Assembly: GCF_009914755.1 (NCBI RefSeq)
Contig: NC_060938.1
Source: the human T2T-CHM13v2.0 reference genome, Homo sapiens
Direction: 5' to 3' (one strand)
Length of the DNA stretch: 64,000 nucleotides
Under the pieces are notes generated by a model that was not told where the DNA came from, made no database searches, and saw only the letters and a program-made list of their open reading frames with translations. Made by a program: the position numbers and the translations under genes. How positions within the stretch are numbered: the stretch's first letter is position 1; each line of letters opens with the position of its first letter. This document shows positions 60,501 through 64,000 of the stretch, piece after piece.

Positions 60501-63500
60501 GTACATAAAATATCAAAGTACACCAAATATATATTCTATAGTGTACATAAAATATCAAAGTACACAAACTATACATTATATACTGCACATAAAATATGAA
60601 ACTACATCAAATATATATTATATTAGGTACATAAAATATGAAAGTATATCAAATATAGATTATATACTGTACATAAAATATCAAAGTACCCCAAATATAT
60701 ATTTTATACTGTACATGAAATATCAAAGTTCACAAACTATATATTATATACTGTACATAAAATATCAAAGTACCCAAGGTATATATTCTATACTGTACAA
60801 AAAATATCAAAGTACCCAAAACATGTATTATATGCTGTACATAAAATATGAAAGTACATCAAATATATATTTTATTCTGTACATAAAATATCAAAGTACA
60901 CCAAATATATATTCTATACTGTACATAAAATATCAAAGTACCCAAACTATTCATTATATACTGTACATAAAATATGAAATTACATCAAATATATATTATA
61001 TTAGGTACATAAAATATGAAAGTACATCAAATATAGATTATATACTGTACATAAAATACCAAAGTACCCCAAATATATATTTTATACTGTACATGAAATA
61101 TCAAAGTTCACAAACTATATATTATATACTCTACATAAAATATCAAAGTACCCAAGGTATGTATTCTATACTGTACAAAAAATATCAAAGTACCCAAAGC
61201 ATGTATTATATACTGTACATAAAACATGAAAGTACGTCAAATATATGTTTTATTCTGTACATAAAATATCAAAGTACACCAAATATATATTCTATAGTGT
61301 ACATAAAATATCAAGGTACACAAACTATACATTACTGTACATAAAATATGAAACTACATCAAATATATATTATATTAGGTACATAAAATATGAAAGTATA
61401 TCAAATATAGATTATATACTGTACATAAAATATCACAGTACCCCAAATATATATTTTATACTGTACATGAAATATCAAAGTTCACAAACTATATATAATA
61501 TACTGTACATAAAATATCAAAGTACCCAAGGTACATATTCTATACTGTACAAAAAATATCAAAGTACCCAAAACATGTATTATATGCTGTACATAAAATA
61601 TGAAAGTACATCAAATATATATTTTATTCTGTACATAAAATATCAAAGTACACCAAATATATATTCTATAGTGTACATGAAATATCAAAGTACCCAAACT
61701 GTACATTATATACTGTACATAAAATATGAAATTACATCAAATATATATAATATTAGGTACATAAAATATGAAAGTACATCAAATATAGATTATATACTGT
61801 ACATAAAATACCAAAGTACCCCAAATATATATTTATACTGTACATGAAATATCAAAGTTCACAAACTATATATTATATACTCTACATAAAATATCAAAGT
61901 ACCCAAGGTATGTATTCTATACTGTACAAAAAATATCAAAGTACCCAAAACATGTATTATATGCTGTAGATAAAATATGAAAGTACATCAAATATATATT
62001 TTATTCTGTACATAAAATATCAAAGTACACCAAATATATATTCTATACTGTACATAAAATATCAAAGTACCCAAACTATTCATTATATACTGTACATAAA
62101 ATATGAAATTACATCAAACATATATTATATTAGGTACATAAAATATGAAAGTAGATCAAATATAGATTATATACTGTACATAAAATACCAAAGTCCCCGA
62201 AATATATATTTTATACTGTACATGAAATATCAAAGTTCTCAAACTATATATTATATACTGTACATAAAATATCAAAGTACACAAGGTATATATTCTATAC
62301 TGTACATAAAATATGAAATTACATCAAATATATATTATATTAGGTACATAAAATATGAAAGTACATCAAACATATATTTTATTCTGTACATAAAATATCA
62401 AAGTACACCAAATATATATTCTATACTGTACATAAAATATCAAAGTACCCAAACTATTCATTATATACTGTACATAAAATATGAAATTACATCAAATATA
62501 TATTATATTAGGTACATAAAATATGAAAGTACATCAAATATAGATTATATACTGTACATAAAATACCAAATTACCCCAAATATATATTTTATACTGTACA
62601 TGAAATATCAAAGTTCACAAACTATATATTATATACTCTACATAAAATATCAAAGTACCCAAGGTATGTATTCTATACTGTACAAAAAATATCAAAGTAC
62701 CCAAAGCATGTATTATATACTGTACATAAAACATGAAAGTACATCAAATATATGTTTTATTCTGTACATAAAATATCAAAGTACACCAAATATATATTCT
62801 ATAGTGTACATAAAATATCAAAGTACACAAACTATACATTATATACTGTACATAAAATATGAAACTACATCAAATATATATTATATTAGGTACATAAAAT
62901 ATGAAAGTATATCAAATATAGATTATATACTGTACATAAAATATCACAGTACCCCAAATATATATTTTATACTGTACATGAAATATCAAAGTTCACAAAC
63001 TATATATTATATACTGTACATAAAATATCAAAGTACCCAAGGTATATATTCTATACTGTACAAAAAATATCAAAGTACCCAAAACATGTATTATATGCTG
63101 TACATAAAATATGAAAGTACATCATATATATATTTTATTCTGTACATAAAATATCAAAGTACACCAAATATATATTCTATACTGTACATAAAATATCAAA
63201 GTACCCAAACTATTCATTATATACTGTACATAAAATATGAAATTACATCAAATATATATTATATTACGTACATAAAATATGAAAGTACATCAAATATAGA
63301 TTATATACTGTACATAAAATACCAAAGTCCCCCAAATATATATTTTATACTGTACATGAAATATCAAAGTTCTCAAACTATATATTATATACTGTACATA
63401 AAATATCAAAGTACACAAGGTATATATTCTATACTGTACAAAAAATATCAAAGTACCCAAAGCATGTATTATATGCTGTACATAAAATATGAAAGTACAT

Positions 63501-64000
63501 CAAATATATATTTTATTCTGTACATAAAATATCAAAGTACACCAAATATATATTCTATACTGTACATAAAATATCAAAGTACCCAAACTATTCATTATAT
63601 ACTGTACATAAAATATGAAATTACATCAAATATATATTATATTACGTACATAAAATATGAAAGTACATCAAATATAGATTATATACTGTACATAAAATAC
63701 CAAAGTCCCCCAAATATATATTTTATACTGTACCTGAAATATCAAAGTTCTCAAACTATATATTATATACTGTACATAAAATATCAAAGTACACAAGGTA
63801 TATATTCTATACTGTACAAAAAATATCAAAGTACCCAAAGCATCTATTATATGCTGTACATAAAATATGAAAGTACATCAAATATATATTTAATTCTGTA
63901 CATAAAATATCAAAGTACACCAAATATATATTCTATAGTGTACATGAAATATCAAAGTACCCAAACTATACATTATATACTGTACATAAAATATGAAATT
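42570..64000. repeat. 7806-bp macro-repeat and its internally deleted derivatives (copies starting at about 42584, 50390, 57440, 62222)
   Basis: Identical ORFs at 47227/55033/59815 and 48657/56463/61245 (+7806, +4782). The copies share a 4-bp deletion (ACATTACTGT), two 1-bp deletions and a 6-monomer unit. Marker GTCCCCGAAA at 50361, 57411 and 62193. Confidence 0.9.

Larger units (their letters stand above)
6655..64000. repeat. Human Satellite 1A (HSat1A / SAR / classical satellite 1) array, 42-bp AT-rich monomer; runs off the right edge of the window
   Basis: Uninterrupted tandem 42-bp monomer, approximately GTACATAAAATAT(C/G)AAAGTAC(A/C)(C/T)CAAATATATATT(A/C/T)TATACT. It has two GTAC sites that give the classical 17-bp + 25-bp alternating subunits. 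The ORF track shows a 14-aa period. There are no Alu fragments, which argues against HSat1B. Confidence 0.95.
10453..64000. repeat. 378-bp (9 x 42 bp) higher-order unit of HSat1A
   Basis: Nine distinguishable monomer types recur in fixed order (translated tags SSQT, STQG, STQSM, STSNIYF, STPNIYS, STQTIH, EITS..R, STSNID, STPNIYF..M). The marker CATGAAATATCAAAGTTC recurs every 378 bp (e.g. 34270 to 34648; 41450 to 41828). Confidence 0.95.

Noticed and set aside
6655-64000. CRISPR-like appearance (constant CTGTACATAAAATAT alternating with variable segments)
   Set aside because: The variable parts are homologous to each other and recur every nine monomers rather than being unique spacers. There are no cas genes or leader, and the sequence matches a primate satellite.
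6655-64000. HSat1B (DYZ2-like) or alpha satellite / CENP-B boxes
   Set aside because: I saw no Alu-derived segment, no ~2.4-kb composite unit, no 171-bp period and no CENP-B box.
6655-64000. TATA-like and AATAAA-like words as promoters or polyadenylation signals
   Set aside because: These are expected by chance in an extremely AT-rich repeat, and nothing singles out any instance.
1-64000. Inversions or embedded mobile elements
   Set aside because: Both arrays keep one orientation throughout on my reading, and I saw no non-satellite insertion, poly(A) tail or target-site duplication.

Overview
This window is entirely tandem satellite DNA, almost certainly human or great-ape pericentromeric or acrocentric short-arm heterochromatin. 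It contains no credible gene, RNA gene, transposon or CRISPR array. Bases 1-6654 are Human Satellite 3 (HSat3): (GGAAT)n on the + strand with interspersed ATCAACCCGA(G/A)T-type motifs and a loose 1.1-1.7 kb modular repeat. An abrupt junction at 6654/6655 leads into Human Satellite 1A (HSat1A/SAR), which runs in one orientation to the window end. HSat1A is an extremely AT-rich 42-bp monomer, mostly arranged as a 9-monomer, 378-bp unit. The informative signal is architectural. Next to the junction is a diverged layer with an unusual 18-19-monomer period (about 750-795 bp). It is followed by a 755-bp dimer layer and then increasingly homogeneous layers carrying nested duplications at offsets of 1128, 1509, 2759, 4319, 2645, 4535/7180 and 7806 bp. 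Later copies of the 7806-bp block differ by exact multiples of 378 bp. The very long + strand ORFs (up to 1791 aa) are best explained by a 42-bp monomer that has one stop-free frame. I found no evidence for a new protein-coding system. Offsets were read by eye from marker variants and ORF-track coordinates, so block boundaries are approximate.
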